Assembly (NCBI GenBank): GCA_965287045.1
Contig: OZ336882.1
Location: 53,258,001 to 53,322,000, forward strand
Direction of reading: 5' to 3'
DNA from: Carcharhinus amblyrhynchos
Taxonomy: Eukaryota
Length of the DNA stretch: 64,000 nt
Shown here: positions 23,956-37,603 of the stretch, piece after piece
Layout of the letters: each line of letters begins with the position of its first letter
Numbering within the stretch: the first letter of the stretch is position 1
Notes under the pieces: model-generated
Databases searched by the model: none
What the model was told of the DNA's origin: nothing
The model's input: the letters and a program-made list of their open reading frames with translations, nothing else
Translations under genes and position numbers: made by a program

Positions 23956-26900
23956 AAACAACCACTAACTATGAAATATCCTGCAGCGGATCAGTTTGCA
24001 TCATAATACAGTAACAACTTCCTTGGTTCAGTGAAGTCTTCATGGAAACTGCTTCTATGATTTAAGGGTGTACATGTTTTCTGAATGCATTCTAAAAGAT
24101 GTTACCAGTGGACGGGCCTCCAGTGACATCTGACCTCTCCGTTGATCTTAATTTTTTTTAATAAAGCAAAGATTATGAGGCATTCCAAACCAGAATCTCA
24201 TTGTTACTTGTCATATTTGGAAGGATTGGTGTGTGAGAAGAGAGGACAAAGGAAGATGTCAACAGCAGTTGGCAACTGAAAAATCCTTTGCAAAAATGAA
24301 CCTGAAACACGGAACTGATATTATCAGCATTGATGGTGGGTTCATCTTCCACCTTAATGGCCTCCATACCTTCTCTAGGGGATGAGGAATATCCATTCAA
24401 GCCAGCAATGTGAAAGTCATTTGACCTGCTTATTGGCATACCAGTATAATAACTCAAATAATTATCAGTGCGGTTATTTAAAGCAATTACATTTGCAGCT
24501 CTATTGGTGCTGACTCCAGAGATAATGGTTTAACTCCCTCACTTACTTTATATCTGGCAATTAGGGAAGACCAACAAATTCTAATCTAGCCAGTGACACC
24601 CACGTCCGTAAAAGAATTTTTAAAAAAACAGCCAACAGTCATAATGTGATATTATGTGCCTTACCTGTACATTTGTCAGGAATACTCAAAACTACATTAA
24701 ACCAAATAGTGTTTCTGCTCTGATTAAAAGTATTAATTGACACATCATTGAGCCAGAAACTGATAGCAACTTGGCAGAACCTAATAATTTAGCGTGTTGA
24801 AAAATCGTCTCAATGGAATTCTGGAGAATATATAAACTTTTCAAAATTAGACACCTAGTTTTCAGTTTTTAGATATCTATTCTATCAGAAGCATTAGCTG
24901 CAATTTAAATCTTGGAATTTATTTTTACTAACATTATTACTCGCTTCCTTCTACAATTTTAGTATTCCCATAATTGTATTAAAATTGTGATTTCCTGCGG
25001 TAAAACAATTGAAATATTGATTATTCGAACATTACCCGGATAGGGCTTTTGTTCCCAATATTCTGGCCAAGTTAATTCATTGGATAGAGCTTCCAATCTG
25101 GGTCAGAAACACAATTTTTGATTCACATCAGACAATGTGTTGCCTACTTGTCTATCTACAATGGAACGGTCAATGGAGGGTCCTTCCAAACAAGGAAAGT
25201 GGAAAGAATCATTGTAGAAGCTATATCTCCTTTTAAGGGCACTAGCTGCCATATTCTGATAGAAGGTTTTAACATCCTAAAGCCACTTTTATTATTGATT
25301 CAAGTAATGTGGGTGTTGTTGGCTAGCATTTATTGCAAATCCCTATTACTCTTGAGAAGGTGGCGGTGAGCTACTTTCATGAACCACTGCAGAGATAGAG
25401 GTACACACACAGTGCTGGTAGGGTGGATTTTGAGCAAGTGGTGATGAAGAAATATTGATATATTTCCAAGCCAGAATGGCGGTTCTTGTAGAATCTTCAA
25501 CTTTCTATCTGTTGGTGTGCCAATATATCTGCTGAGAAGCTGCAGAGAAAAGGCAAGTGGGTAAAGTAAGAGGTTGAGCGGATAGATTGGCAGGTACATG
25601 GGTGAGGGAGTGACTTTGTATGTGGATGAGGTTTTGGGATAAGTGGATGGATGAGGGGTAGATTGGCTGTTGGGTGAAGGGGTAGGGTATTAGGTAAGTA
25701 GGTGAGTGGATAGGATGGCAGGTAAGTGGGTCAAGAAGTAGAGTTTGTTAGGGGTAGTTGGATAACCAGGGGGTGGGAATGTGGTCGGAGAATAGTACAG
25801 TGGAGTAGCTGGGTGGTCAAGGGTGTAGTCTGGTTGGGGGTTGTCACGTGTTGAGATTGTGGTTGGAAGATAGTCAAAGTTAGACAGGTAGTTGAAGGGC
25901 CTGGATCAGTCAGATTGGGATTAGTCGAGGAGTCAGGTAATAGATTGAGGGTGTCGGTGAGCAGTCAGGGGGGTAGTTGGAGTGGTTCAGGAGGTAGTCG
26001 GGTGTCGGGGTGCTTGCAGGGTAGTCAGGGGAATCAGGAGGGTTGCCGGGTCGGGGGTATTTGGGGTGGTACAGTGTGGAGCTTGTGGGTGGGTGTTGGG
26101 TAATATTGAGGAGTTAGAACTGGTTTTAATCATTTTGAATTTTGCTCGGTAATTGCAAGTCGGCATCATCAAAAGGTCCAGCTCAGAGTTTGGAGGGTTC
26201 CAGATGCAGGAGAACCACCTACTGGAAATTCAAACTTCCCAGGAAATTCTTGTGTAGTCAATGCATCAGGCAATTCAATGGCCCTTAATATGGGATTGAG
26301 GGTTATAGGATTGAGGTAAGGCTAGTAGGTAGGGCAACTAGTGGGCCAAAGGCCTATTTGTGCAGTAGTTTTTCTATGTTCTATGTTCTTGCGGTGCATC
26401 TTGGGGTACTTCTTGAGTACAACCATCCGGAAACCCCTCCCTTCTTAAAGCACGGTGGATGTGCCTTCAACATGGGGACTGCAGCCACTGATGAAGGTAG
26501 CTCACCACCAGCAACACCCATGTCCCATGAAAGAATAAATTATCAAAAAAATTGGAAGTTCCGGCTTATTGACCAATAGAGTTGCAGTGGTGTAACTCAC
26601 AGTTGGTTGCAGAAAATGCAATGTTATGACATGAAATTATTTCAAATTTCAACATCTGCAATATTTTCTTTCATAACTTACAATGTATTATCCAAGGACA
26701 TAAGACATGTTTTTTTCTTCTTCTGAAACTCAGTATCCACTTCCTTCCTACTTCCTTGATTTTTGCCTGTCAGACATCTTTAATTTCCACCCACTTCTCT
26801 CTCTCCATCTCTTTCCCTCCCTTTCATGCTTGCCCTTTGTGTATTACTGCCATCCCACTGTCACCCTGTTCACCAAGACCAAAATGTGTAAAGTCCTAGC

Positions 26901-27444
26901 CCTTGAATAACTTTTTGCTGAGGGCGCTATGCTATCATCCTATACTGAAGTTCAATTGCTTTTAGATCTCAGGCCTGCAGTGAGTTTGGACTGAGAATCA
27001 GCATCAGGAAAGCCAAAGTTATGAGCTAGGAAGTAGAAACTCCACCTTTGATCAACACTGACAACCTCATCTAGCACAGATCAGATGATTGGTCAGAATA
27101 CGAAGAACAGTTGAGAATGATTAAAAGGTTAATCAGGAGAAGGAAATTGCACTGTGATAGGAAGCTAGCTAGAAATCTAAAAACAGATAGCAAGAGTTTC
27201 GACAGGCATCTAAAAAGGAAAAGAGCAAGTAAAATGAGTGTGGATCCTCTAGAGAGTGTTAATGGGGAGTTAATAATAGATAATAAAAAAACTGCAAGTG
27301 AAATGAACAAATACTTTGCTTCTATATTCACTATAGAGGATACAAGAAACATTTCAGTAATAGATATAAATCAGGACAAGGGAGAGAGGTGTTGTGAAAT
27401 TACAATCACTTGACAAGTGGTACTGAGTAAACCGATGAAGCTAT

Positions 27445-28000
27445 GGGCCCGATTTNNNNNNNNNNNNNNNNNNNNNNNNNNNNNNNNNNNNNNNNNNNNN
27501 NNNNNNNNNNNNNNNNNNNNNNNNNNNNNNNNNNNNNNNNNNNNNNNNNNNNNNNNNNNNNNNNNNNNNNNNNNNNNNNNNNNNNNNNNNNNNNNNNNNN
27601 NNNNNNNNNNNNNNNNNNNNNNNNNNNNNNNNNNNNNNNNNNNNNNNNNNNNNNNNNNNNNNNNNNNNNNNNNNNNNNNNNNNNNNNNNNNNNNNNNNNN
27701 NNNNNNNNNNNNNNNNNNAGAGGAGGGGGGAGGGGAGGGAGGGAGAGAGAAAGAAGAGAGAGGGAGGGAGAAGAGAGAGGGAGGGAGGGAGAGAGAAGAC
27801 AGGAGGGAGGAAGAGGGCACATGAGCAGTTCAGAGCTCTGATCATTTCAGCCATGCTAAGCCCTGCCCACAGTGTGAATGGGACTGGAAATATTATTTTC
27901 GGGCTGAGTGTGTATGGGGGTGTCTGAAAGCAGATTTCTAAGTTGGATCTGCATTACGCACAGATTCAGCACTTAGAATGAAAATGGTGAAATCGGGCCC
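27445..28000. mobile_element. DNA transposon with perfect 11-bp TIRs spanning the assembly gap (PIF/Harbinger-like)
   Basis: GGGCCCGATTT at 27445-27455 and AAATCGGGCCC at 27990-28000, with TAT on both sides. The CR1 host resumes across it. Confidence 0.75.
27456..27718. other. Assembly gap (N run), followed by a GA-rich low-complexity tract to about 27820
   Basis: Run of n characters. Confidence 0.99.
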
Positions 28001-31000
28001 TATGAGCTGGTAAGTCTTCGGGTACTGATGAACTTTATTTTAAGGTCTTAAAAGAGGTAGCTAATGAAATAGTAGATGCACTTGTGTTCATTTTCCAAAA
28101 TTCCAGCAGACTGAAAAGTAGCAATTATCACCCCTCTATTCAAGAAGGGAGGCAGAAAACAGAAAATTATAGACCAGTTATCTTGACGTCTGTCATGGAG
28201 AATATGTTAGAGTCAATAATAAAAGCAGATATAGCTGGGCACTTAGACAAGCCCTAGGTAATTGGATTTATGAAAGGGAAATTATATTTATCCACTTTAC
28301 TGGAGGTCTTGAAGCTATAATATTCTGTGGATAGAGGGGAACCTGTAGGTGTACTGGACCTGGATTTCCAGAAAGCAAGGTGTGACATCAAAGATTATTG
28401 CAAAAAAAAGGCTTAGGGTGTAGGGAGTAACCTTATAGCCTGAATTGAAGATTGACTGGCTGGCGGAAAACAGAGAGTATACATAAATGGGTCTTTGTGT
28501 AACTGGCAGGATATGACTAATGGAGTCCTGTAGAAGTCTGTGCTGTGGCGTCAACTTTTTACTATTTGCATCAATGAACTCAAATGAGGGGAGCAAAATA
28601 TATCAGCTGAATTTGCAGATGATACAGAGATAGTTAGGAAAGAATGTTGTGAAGTAGACAAATGGGCCAGAATATTACTGCCTCACCCGTCATGGGAATC
28701 AAAGCAGGCGAGAGGCTGACAATGGGGAGGTCTGTTGACCTTGGGCAGGAGTTTGGGATGAGCAAGGCCATAAAGTCCCACACATGGAGTTTAAAGGTGG
28801 ACATAGATAGGTTGAGTGAGTAGGAAAGATCTGGCTGATGAAACATAATATGGAAACATGTGAAGTTTTCAGTTTGGCAGGGAGAATAAAAAAACAGAGT
28901 ATTACTGAAATGGAGAACGACCACAAAGTGCTGAAGTGTAAAGGAATCTAGGTGTTCTCATGCGTGAGTGACAAAAAGATAGCATGCGGTGTAACATGTA
29001 ATCAAGAACACTAATGAAATGTTATCCATTCCAAGAGGAACTGAACATAAAAATAAGGAAAGGGCATTGGTGAGACTGCATCTTGAATACTGTGTGCAAT
29101 TTTGATTTCATTATTTAAGGAAGGATGTAATTGCATTTGAGGTGGCTCAAAGGAGGTTTACTAGGTTGATACCTGGAATGATCAGATTGTCTTATGAGGA
29201 TTGGTTGGAAAAGCTAGGTTTGCTTCCACTAGAGTTTAGAAAAATGAGGGGTGACTTAATTGCAGTGTATAAGATCCTGAATGGTATCAGCAACGTGGAT
29301 ATTGAAAGGATGATTCCTCTTGTGGGTGGGTCTAGACTGGAGGCACTGATTTAAAATTGGGAGTCACCCTTATAGGACAATGATGAGGTGAATTTATTTT
29401 CTCACAGTGGGTTGTGTGACTTTGGAACTCTCAGCAGGTGGTCGAAGCTGGGTAACTGAATATTTTTAAGGCAGAGGTAGATAGATTGTCTTTAGCCAAG
29501 AGAATCAATGGTTATCCAGGGTAAATGGGGAATGTGGAATGCAGCACAAACAGATCAGCCGTGATCTTACTGAATGGTGGAGCAGGCTCGAGAGGCTGAA
29601 TGGCAAACTCTTGCTCTTATTTCTTATGCTTGTATGTGCTTTTTATTGTTCTTGAAATGTGCTATGTGCGAATGTAATACTTCACATCCGACGTAGGAGA
29701 CTTCTGGACAGGAAATAAATGCCAAATGTGTTGTTTTTCTAGTATTAACAGATACCGTACAATATTCAGAATCCACACTGAAGCTTGAAAAGTATTTCAG
29801 GTTTAATTTCTCAGATGCCTAGCATTCTGTAAACAAACCCAGGAATATAATAACATGAATTATTCTTTTCGGCAAAAATTACTTCAAACAGGTTGAAGAG
29901 TTCAAGCTTTACCTTGTCTTTGTTGTTTCATAGAATGAAAAACAAATTCAATGTTCTAAAAATGATTTCCCCAGAGCCTCTGATTGTGAGTTATTTTCCT
30001 AAATACAAAATGCTCTGGCATGTTCTCTGAATAGCAAATCTTGTTGTCAAACTCTTATGTGCAGTTATGTCCAAAGGATGTTACATTTCTGGATTTTATG
30101 CAAAATATTCTACTAAGATTAATGTCACCAACCACTCACATAAACGCACATTATGTCCGCTAGAATCTGCCTTTCTCTGTTCAAAATGTAGGTAAATGTA
30201 TCAAGAGCCAGGGATCAAACAATACTCCATTCCCACTGTATGACAACTTACTGGAAAGTACTTTATTCTACTACATATTTCTCATTATTTTCCATAGGAT
30301 GTTTTTAAAACATTGTTGTTAAGGTAGAGGTTTAGATTTTAAACCAAAAGAGAAGTTATTAAACATAGAACATGTTCATAAACATTTAGGGATAAAATAG
30401 CAGGCAGGATATTGAAGTAGAATTTGATTGTGGTGATCTCCGTAATCTGTGGTAATGTGGCAAACAACCTTGGAAAAATGGTTATTGCAGAGTAATAGTC
30501 ACGCCCATGAGGACTGCCTCAATGATAGGAAATATAACAAAATGCTTTGGGAAAAGAACTGAATGTGGCAAGATGTTTGAGCACATAAATTAATGTGCAG
30601 CTTGCAATAAAAACACCAGCTATTAGACTTTCAGAAGTGACTGCTACATTGTTTGAGTGGACCAGTAGGGCACGTGAATTATTGTAATTTGCAAATTCAG
30701 TCAACCTAATATAACACAAGAAGTCCAAATGATCCAAATCAGAGTTGCCAAGTGTTGGCTACATGGCCCATAATGTAAAGGAATCAACAGGAGGCAATGC
30801 CTACCACATATGTGGTGCATTATCCAGACACTGCATACAAATGCCAAGCTTGAGGGACAGTGGCCACCAGTTGATTACATTCAATATGTCCTGTGACCTG
30901 ACACTGGTTATAAACTTGCAAAAGAGTTCATTTCAAAAACTCTTGAGAATAAATTAAGTTGATTGGGTAAGTTGCTCTTCAACACCTCAGCAGGTGATAA

Positions 31001-31159
31001 GTGGAAAATATTTAAAGTTGTAATGCTCTATGCAAAGGATAAATAATAACAACAATAATAATTTGCATTTACATAGCACCTTTAATAAGGTAAAACATTC
31101 CAACATTTTGTCACCTATGAGTACAAAATTGCTAAAAATCTCATCAAGCTTTTTTTTAC

Positions 31160-31457
31160 AAATTTTATTAAATAAATGTCACAAGCTTACATTAATATTG
31201 CAATGAAGTTACTATGAAAATCTTAGTCGCCGCACTCCAGCACCTATTCGAGTACACTGAGGGAGAATTTAGCATGGCCAATGCACCTAACCACCATGTA
31301 CTTCAGGCCATGGGAGAAAACCAGAGCACTGGAGGAACCCATGCAGATACAGAAGAACATGCAGACTCCGCACAGATAGTGACCCAAGTTGGGAATTGAA
31401 CGCGGGTCCCGAACACAGTGAGGCAGCAATGCGAACCACTGTGCCGAGATGCCACCC
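31160..31457 (-). mobile_element. V-SINE / HE1-like
   Basis: Reverse-complement head, V core and tail. Confidence 0.85.
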
Positions 31458-31597
31458 ACAAAGAGATAGATTTTCATGAGTGTAAGGATATGATGGGGCA
31501 GATTGATAGCTGAAGATATGGTGATAAATAACAGGTCAAAAACTGGACAACAGGGACAGTTAGGAATTTGAAATCACAGTCATAGGTGAATTATAAC

Positions 31598-31905
31598 GAG
31601 CAGCATTGTGGCACAGTGGTTATCACTGCTGCTTCACAGTGCCAGGGACCTGAGTTCGATTCCCAGCTTGGGTCACTGTCTGTGTGGAGTTTGCATGTTC
31701 TCCCCGTGTCAGCGTGGATTTCCTCCAGGTGCACCGGTTTCCTTTCACAGTCCAAGAGACGTGCTGGTTAGTTGGATTGGCCATGCTAAATTCTCCCTCC
31801 ATGTACCTGGACACGCACCAGAGTGTGGCAACTAAGGGATTTTTATAGTAACTTCATTGCGGTGTTAATGTAAGTCTATTTGTGATAAATAAAGAAACTT
31901 TACAT
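31598..31905 (+). mobile_element. V-SINE / HE1-like
   Basis: GTGGCACAGTGGTTATCACTGCTGC head, V core and tail. Confidence 0.85.
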
Positions 31906-32734
31906 TTGACTTTATTGAGGGAGATATTTTCCAGGCGCATAGGAAGAAGAGTTGGAAAGAGGAGATGACTGTGGCTGGAGAGGGGTACAAGGAAATGTTC
32001 AGAGATATCTTTCTCAGCAATTCAAGCTATGGAACTTGTGGAATAATGATAAAGCTGACCATGATCCAGTTATCTCAGACTAGAAAAGAATGATCCGAAT
32101 GGATTAATGAATAAGTCAACAGTGAAATAAAGGGGGAATTTATATCTGTAAATCCTGCAGGATAAGGGAAATTGGTGTTCACTGGGATGAACACAAGAGT
32201 ATTAAACAAACAGGGAAACAATTGGGAGGGTCAAAAATGGCAAGCTGATTCATTTCATACTAATGTATAAAATGATCCTCATCAACTCTTCGGCCTTCAA
32301 AGGAGGTATCTGAAATGAATCATTATAGAGCTAAAAAAAATAAAGATTTATATTGTGTAAAGGTAAATCTAATTATTAAAATGGCAAGGGTGACAGATAC
32401 AATTTCAGCAAAGAAAAGTTGAGGACCTTGGGACTTTCTCTTTCACATACCGCATAATCAGTTGTTTGAATCAATTCTGAGCTAGTGTACTGAAGCAACA
32501 GCACTGGAATCATCGAAAGACCAACTGAAGGAACAGCACACAAAGAAGTTATAAAGCTCACTAACTAAAACTGCTTCTTCTTTCAGCTTCTTCTATTTTA
32601 CTTGGAGTTGCTGCAATTTTGAATTGATCACTCTCCCCCATCTCCTCCTGTCAATCACCTTTTCCAATCCCATTTTAAGTATGTCACTATCACACCTTCT
32701 GGTCTTCAACCTTCCTTTTCTTTCCTGTGAAAGA

Positions 32735-33150
32735 AGAAAGATAGTGAACGAAGCCCAGTCCATCACACAAACCAGCCTCCGATCCATTGATTCTGTCTAC
32801 ACTTCCTGCTGCCTCAGCAAAGCAGCAGCATAATCAAGGACCCCACACACCCTGGGCATACTCTCTTCCACCTTCTTCCGTCAGGAAAAAGATACAAAGG
32901 TCTGAGGTCAAGTACCAACTGACTCAAGAACAGCTCTTTCCTGCTGCCATCAGACTTTTGAAAGGACCTAGCAAATATTAGGCTGATCTTTTTCCTCACC
33001 CTATCTGTAACTGCAATACGATAGTCTCAAACCCTCCTTTCCTTTTCCCCTATGTACTCTATGAATGGCATCTTTTGTCTGTATAGTGCACAAGAAATAA
33101 TACCTTTCACTGTATCCCAATACATGTGACAATAATGAATCAATTCAAAT
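32735..33150 (+). mobile_element. Rex1/Babar-type LINE 3' end
   Basis: GCCCAGTCCATCACACAAACCAGCCTCC...GACTCAAGAACAGC..TT.CCTGCTGCCATCAGACTTTTGAA...ACATGTGACAATAAT..ATCAA. This continues the end of the RT fragment at 54985-55700. Confidence 0.7.
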
Positions 33151-33154
33151 CAGA

Positions 33155-33510
33155 AAAATCAAAGGTGGAGTGAAAAGGAAGGAAAGGAGAGAGTGCTGAA
33201 TGTAGTGTAAAAGTTATAGCCAAGATGGAGAGAAAGATCAACTTAATACGAAGTAGGTCCATTCAAAAGTCTGATGGCAGGTGGGAAGGTGAAGGAGAAT
33301 ATGACGGGGGTGTCTGGGGTGTGTGGGGTCCTTGATTATGCTGGCTGCCTTTTTGAGGCAGCAGAAAGTGTAGACAGAGTTGATGGATGGGAGTTTGGTT
33401 TGCATGATGGATTGGCTTCGTTCATAACCCTGTGTAGTTTCTTTCAGTCTTGGACAGAGCAACAGTCTTTCCAAATTTGATGCAACCAGAAAGAACGTTT
33501 TCTATGGTGT
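33155..33510 (-). mobile_element. Rex1/Babar-type LINE 3' fragment, inverted relative to the preceding copy
   Basis: ORF-track peptide QSIMQTKLPSINSVYTFCCLKKAASIIKDPTHP matches the plus copy QSITQTSLRSIDSVYTSCCLSKAA. Confidence 0.7.
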
Positions 33511-33800
33511 AATTGCATCTGATTCCTTCATCCTCAAGGGCCATATCTAATTTCTTCTTGAAACCACAAAACATTTTGGCCTCAACCACTTTCTGTGGCA
33601 GTGAATTGCACAGATTCACCACTCTCTGGGTGAAGACATTTTTCCACACTTGTCTTAAAATGTTTACCCCTTATCCTCAGACTATGACCTCTAGTTCTGG
33701 ACCCCCACACCATCAGGAACATTCTTTCTGAATCTACCCTGTCTCACCCTGTTAGAATTTTATACATTTCTCTGAGATCCTTTCTCACTCTTCAAACTGC
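33510..33800 (-). mobile_element. CR1 LINE 3' fragment
   Basis: Peptide FTQRVVNLCNSLPQKVVEAK..FKKKLD. Confidence 0.75.
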
Positions 33801-34282
33801 CATATGGAACATGGACCATGGCTTGGAGCTCTCCTGCCATTGTCTTACACTTTAAGTTGAACTAATCCTTTTAATAACAAACAATATCAACTAGAGCCTT
33901 TCTTCTCTGCTCTTTGTTATTATAGAACACCTTACTCACAAACAGGGAAGGTGGAAGAGGGTATGGCTGGGGTGATATCGTAACAATTATAACCAATAGT
34001 AGTAGTAAGTACTTACCCAAGTGAAATCACTCAAGTAACTGTCTAGATTTCCTTAGGAGATATAGACTTGCACTCTATTCTTTCTTATAGTCTTTTAACC
34101 ACCTGGTTTTCCTCTTAGATCCACTTCTCCTTTACTGCTTTATCCTCTGACCTTGTTTATTATTTAAGTTTTAGCAATTAATGGCAGTCTCTAACATCAG
34201 TTACTCACTAACAAATTAGATTACTGTTTTCCTGTGATATCAGACTTGGAGCTTTCAAATTAAGCACACTGTTTTCCCTGTT

Positions 34283-34575
34283 CCTCACAGGGCCCCGAGC
34301 CTCACATTCCCCGAGGTCCCTGAGCCTCACACTCCCTTTTTCCTCCGCCTCCAGAAGAGTGTCCTTTGCAGGTCCCCATACCTCACACTCTCCGATGTCA
34401 CCAAGCCTCATGCTCCTCCTGAGGCTCCTGAGCCTCACGCTCCCTTTATCCTCTACTGCCAGAAGAGTGTCCCTCACAGGTCCCTTGCACTCCCTGAAGG
34501 TAAGTACAAGCCCCAAGCCTCACACTCAATCCTCCACCCCCAGAAATGTGTCCCTTGCAGGTCCTGCACTCTCCG
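34283..34575. repeat. Imperfect hierarchical tandem repeat
   Basis: Recurrent GAGCCTCACACTCCC and TCCTCC.C..CCAGAAGAGTGTCCCT.GCAGGTCC blocks (about 3 higher-order units). Confidence 0.65.
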
Positions 34576-35964
34576 TTCTCATTCCTCTTTGCTGCCATTT
34601 TGTTTTCTTAACTTCAGACTGCACTTTTCTTACGCAAATGATATTATAGATGCTTTGCATTTAACTCCCTGTTTCAAATACCTGTGATAATTGAATTCAT
34701 GCTGGCTTGTCCAACAGAAAATGCCCTACACACACTGACACAATACAGTAAATGTGCTGTGACATTAGTTTACCGTTAAGAATTTTTTTATTTAATCATG
34801 ATCTCTGGAGCTCTCACAGCTTAGTGTTTCTCATTGTTGTTGAGCTGTCTACCAGGTGGCCTTTTATTGCTCCTTCAGTGGCTTCAGTGGGGGCCTCAGG
34901 TACTTTCTGAGATTGGTTGTATGACCCTGCATTGTTAGGAGGAAAACTGGTTGGCAGGCCAGGTGACAGGAGCTTTCATTTTCAGTTCTGAGCTGCAGGT
35001 TAATTTTTAGAAGAGGCAGCAAGCTAAAAAGAAGTGTTTCTCCCTCCCTGTGTTTTTTTAAATTCTGCTGGTCATCTGAAAACAGGGTCTTGCCTGCCTG
35101 AAGGGGTAACTTAACCAGAGTCTACCTGGGGTTCTGAGAAGCTGTTCTGACTTCAAATTGTTCTGGATGTGTTAAGAGGAATATTAAAACTCACAAGACC
35201 GAGAGTTTTCAATTCTCCAAAGGACTCAGTTCCAATATTATGTGAGCATTGGACTCTACCACATTGAACATGTTTAAAGTGCTTTGTCTATGGAAGATTT
35301 TGGTTTGATAGAATATCTTAGGTATATTTATTAAGGGTTATACATTATCATGGTTGTTTTGTTTTTGTTTGTAATTGATAAAAATTATTGCTAATTTCCT
35401 TTCCGTACAGGTTAACCATATTCTAAATTAAACTTTGTTTGATAAAAACTCCCTAATAGGCCATTTGAATCAGACCTGAAGTGAAACATCTCATGCTTAT
35501 CTTAGCTAAATCCTTATGATCTAAGAATTTGTGATCAAGGTGGGCTCCATAAAACACTTTGAAGTTTCTGATCTGAACCTTAAAGTCATCTATGCATATT
35601 TATCAAACATCTACGTCTATTTAGTATCCTTCAGAAGTAAAGTGCTTATGATAATCAGAGAAGACGCACTTTACTTTTCATCTTACCGTTCTATCAACAA
35701 ATGCTTACAAAGGTTAAAATATGCAAACACACATTGTGAACAGAATAGAAGCATGAAAATCATACGCCCAATGACAGTGTTTGTGTTACTCATTTTTACT
35801 TACTAATCAGAAATACAATTAGCCACATTTGGATTCTCAATTAACCACATGCAGTGAGTAGTTGATGTATTGACCAACAGTGACTTGTCTTTCCAGCTAT
35901 TAAAGATAATATAAAATAGTTTGACACCAATGCAGTGTCAATTGACAGTAGTACTTTCAAACAA

Positions 35965-36140
35965 AATAGTGCAGAAATCTGAAACAGAAATAGACAAGGC
36001 TGGTTATGCATAGCAGATCAGCTAACATCTACAGAGAGAACAATCAAGTAAACAATTCAAGATACATAATAGAGTGACAGGTATACTAATAACATCAGAA
36101 CAAGGAAAGGAATGTGTAACACGGAGCAGATCTGAAAGGT
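35965..36140 (-). mobile_element. Very degraded Penelope-type 3' UTR remnant
   Basis: The reverse complement loosely resembles 14893-14970 (CTCT..AGATG.T.GC.GATCT..T.A...CCAGC) and has a GTTCTGATG core remnant. Confidence 0.35.
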
Positions 36141-36723
36141 CACTAGTCTATAGTTTCCATATTATTTTGTATGATTGGCTATTATTTCAGCATTCCCCTC
36201 ATGATTCTTCTCTGGATTTGTTTGCATTATGCAAATATCCCCCTCCACTTACTTTTGTTAATATTAGTGGCCGGATGCTGAGTATGTTTGCCTTTCAGGT
36301 TTTTAAAACTTGCACTTACATATATATTGAGCACTGTTCCAACTGCTTACATCAGAGAGATCCTCAGAAAGGAATCTATTTTACTGCAAGGCTACCAGAC
36401 AGGTTATTGCAAAAAGCAAGGCTGCATAACATACTGTAGTGATAGGGATACTAATTCTGAGCACAGTTGAATACATTAGGTAAGTAGGTAGGTGTTGTAT
36501 ATGTTTTAAAGGGATAGAAGAATGCCACCATAGTATTAATAGTTTGACAGAGTAAGGATTAACGTGGGACTGGAGAACAGTACCGTCTATGGTATGATTA
36601 GACAGTCACATGCTGGTAGACTTTAGAGTAGCGTGTGGAAGGAACAAAAATGGAGTCAGCACCCACACATGGCAGTGCCTAGGATTGTGCACAGTTATGG
36701 GTTAACAATACATGGTTCATATT

Positions 36724-36775
36724 TGTGAAACTTCTCACTGTGTTTACCCCAGTCCAACGCCAGCATCTCCACATT
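36724..36775 (+). mobile_element. Penelope pLTR tail-only fragment
   Basis: TGTGAAACTTCTCACTGTGTTTACCCCAGTCCAACGCCAGCATCTCCACAT matches the terminal about 50 nt of the pLTR. ATATTT on both sides is a possible short TSD. Confidence 0.7.
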
Positions 36776-37276
36776 ATATTTAAACATACAGGCCTCCAGA
36801 CTTCTTATTGAGAGACCGAACAAGCTTTCACAGCAATAGGTAAATAGAAAGGAAGGATGAAAGGAAGCGAGGGAAGGAGACATTACAAGCATCATTAACA
36901 GTGTAATGGTGAACAGGAAATAATTGTAACACATCAATTCTAATATTGTAAAATATCTGTAACCTTCTTGAAAAATATTGTGTAAATGACACATACCATT
37001 GTTGATGCACAGATTAGGGGAAGGTGGTGTTGACATAATGCTAATGTCACTGGATTTGTCTTCCAGATACTCAAATTAATGTTCTGAGTATACATGTTCA
37101 AATCCCACCATTGCAGCTGGTGGAATTTAAATTCAATTCATTAATACACTTAAAAGCTACTCCCAGTACTAACAACCATAAAAACCCATCTGCACTCTCT
37201 CCTTTCCTTCTCTGTGCATGTTATGCTTTGTCTGTATAGTGCACAAGAAACAATACTTTTCACTGTATACTGATGC

Positions 37277-37603
37277 ATAGAATCAATAATCCCTACAGTG
37301 CAAAAAGGAGGCCATTCGGCCCATCAAGTCTGCACTGACACCAGTCCTATCCAGGCCCTATACCCATAACCCAACTTATCTACTCTACTAACCCCTTGAC
37401 AATAAGGGGCAAGTTAACATGGCCAATAAATCTAACCCGCGCATCTTTGAAATGTGGGACAAAAACGCAGCACTCAGAGAAAACCCACATAGATGTAGGG
37501 AGAATATGCAAACTCCACACAGGCAGTGACCCAAGCTGGGAATCCAACCAGGGTCCCTGGTGCTGAGACAGCAGCGCTAACCACTGTGCCACTGTTCTGC
37601 CTG
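37277..37603 (-). mobile_element. V-SINE nested in a Rex/Babar tail (about 37190-37630)
   Basis: Reverse-complement V-SINE. The flanks CAATACTTTTCACTGTATAC and ATGTGACAATAATAAATCAAATCAAA rejoin as a Rex tail. Confidence 0.8.

Larger units (their letters stand above)
27060..29635 (+). mobile_element. CR1 LINE ORF2 and 3' end, interrupted by a TIR element (27445-28000) and a MITE (about 28664-28780)
   Basis: Peptides LARNLKTDSKSF..EMNKYFASIFT, NYRPVILTS, LDFQKA and QRRFTRLIPGM..MRGDLIAVYKIL. The tail is CTTATTTCTTATG. Confidence 0.85.

Noticed and set aside
27371-27854. 130-150-aa ORFs in the track
   Set aside because: They are artefacts of translating through the N gap and the GA-rich tract.
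32555-32630. Branch-point/acceptor-like signal (CACTAAC...TTCTTTCAG); also donor-like sites at about 18922 and 55921 and an exon-like stretch at about 56099-56156
   Set aside because: I found no consistent exon chain or recognisable protein. Isolated splice-like motifs are expected by chance.
32735-33510. Inverted Rex/Babar pair; also the head-to-head V-SINE pair at 31160-31905
   Set aside because: The arms are clearly diverged and have no common TSD, so they are best explained as independent insertions of abundant repeats.
34918-35585. Possible solo LTR
   Set aside because: It has an LTR-like composition, but I could not establish TG...CA ends or a TSD.
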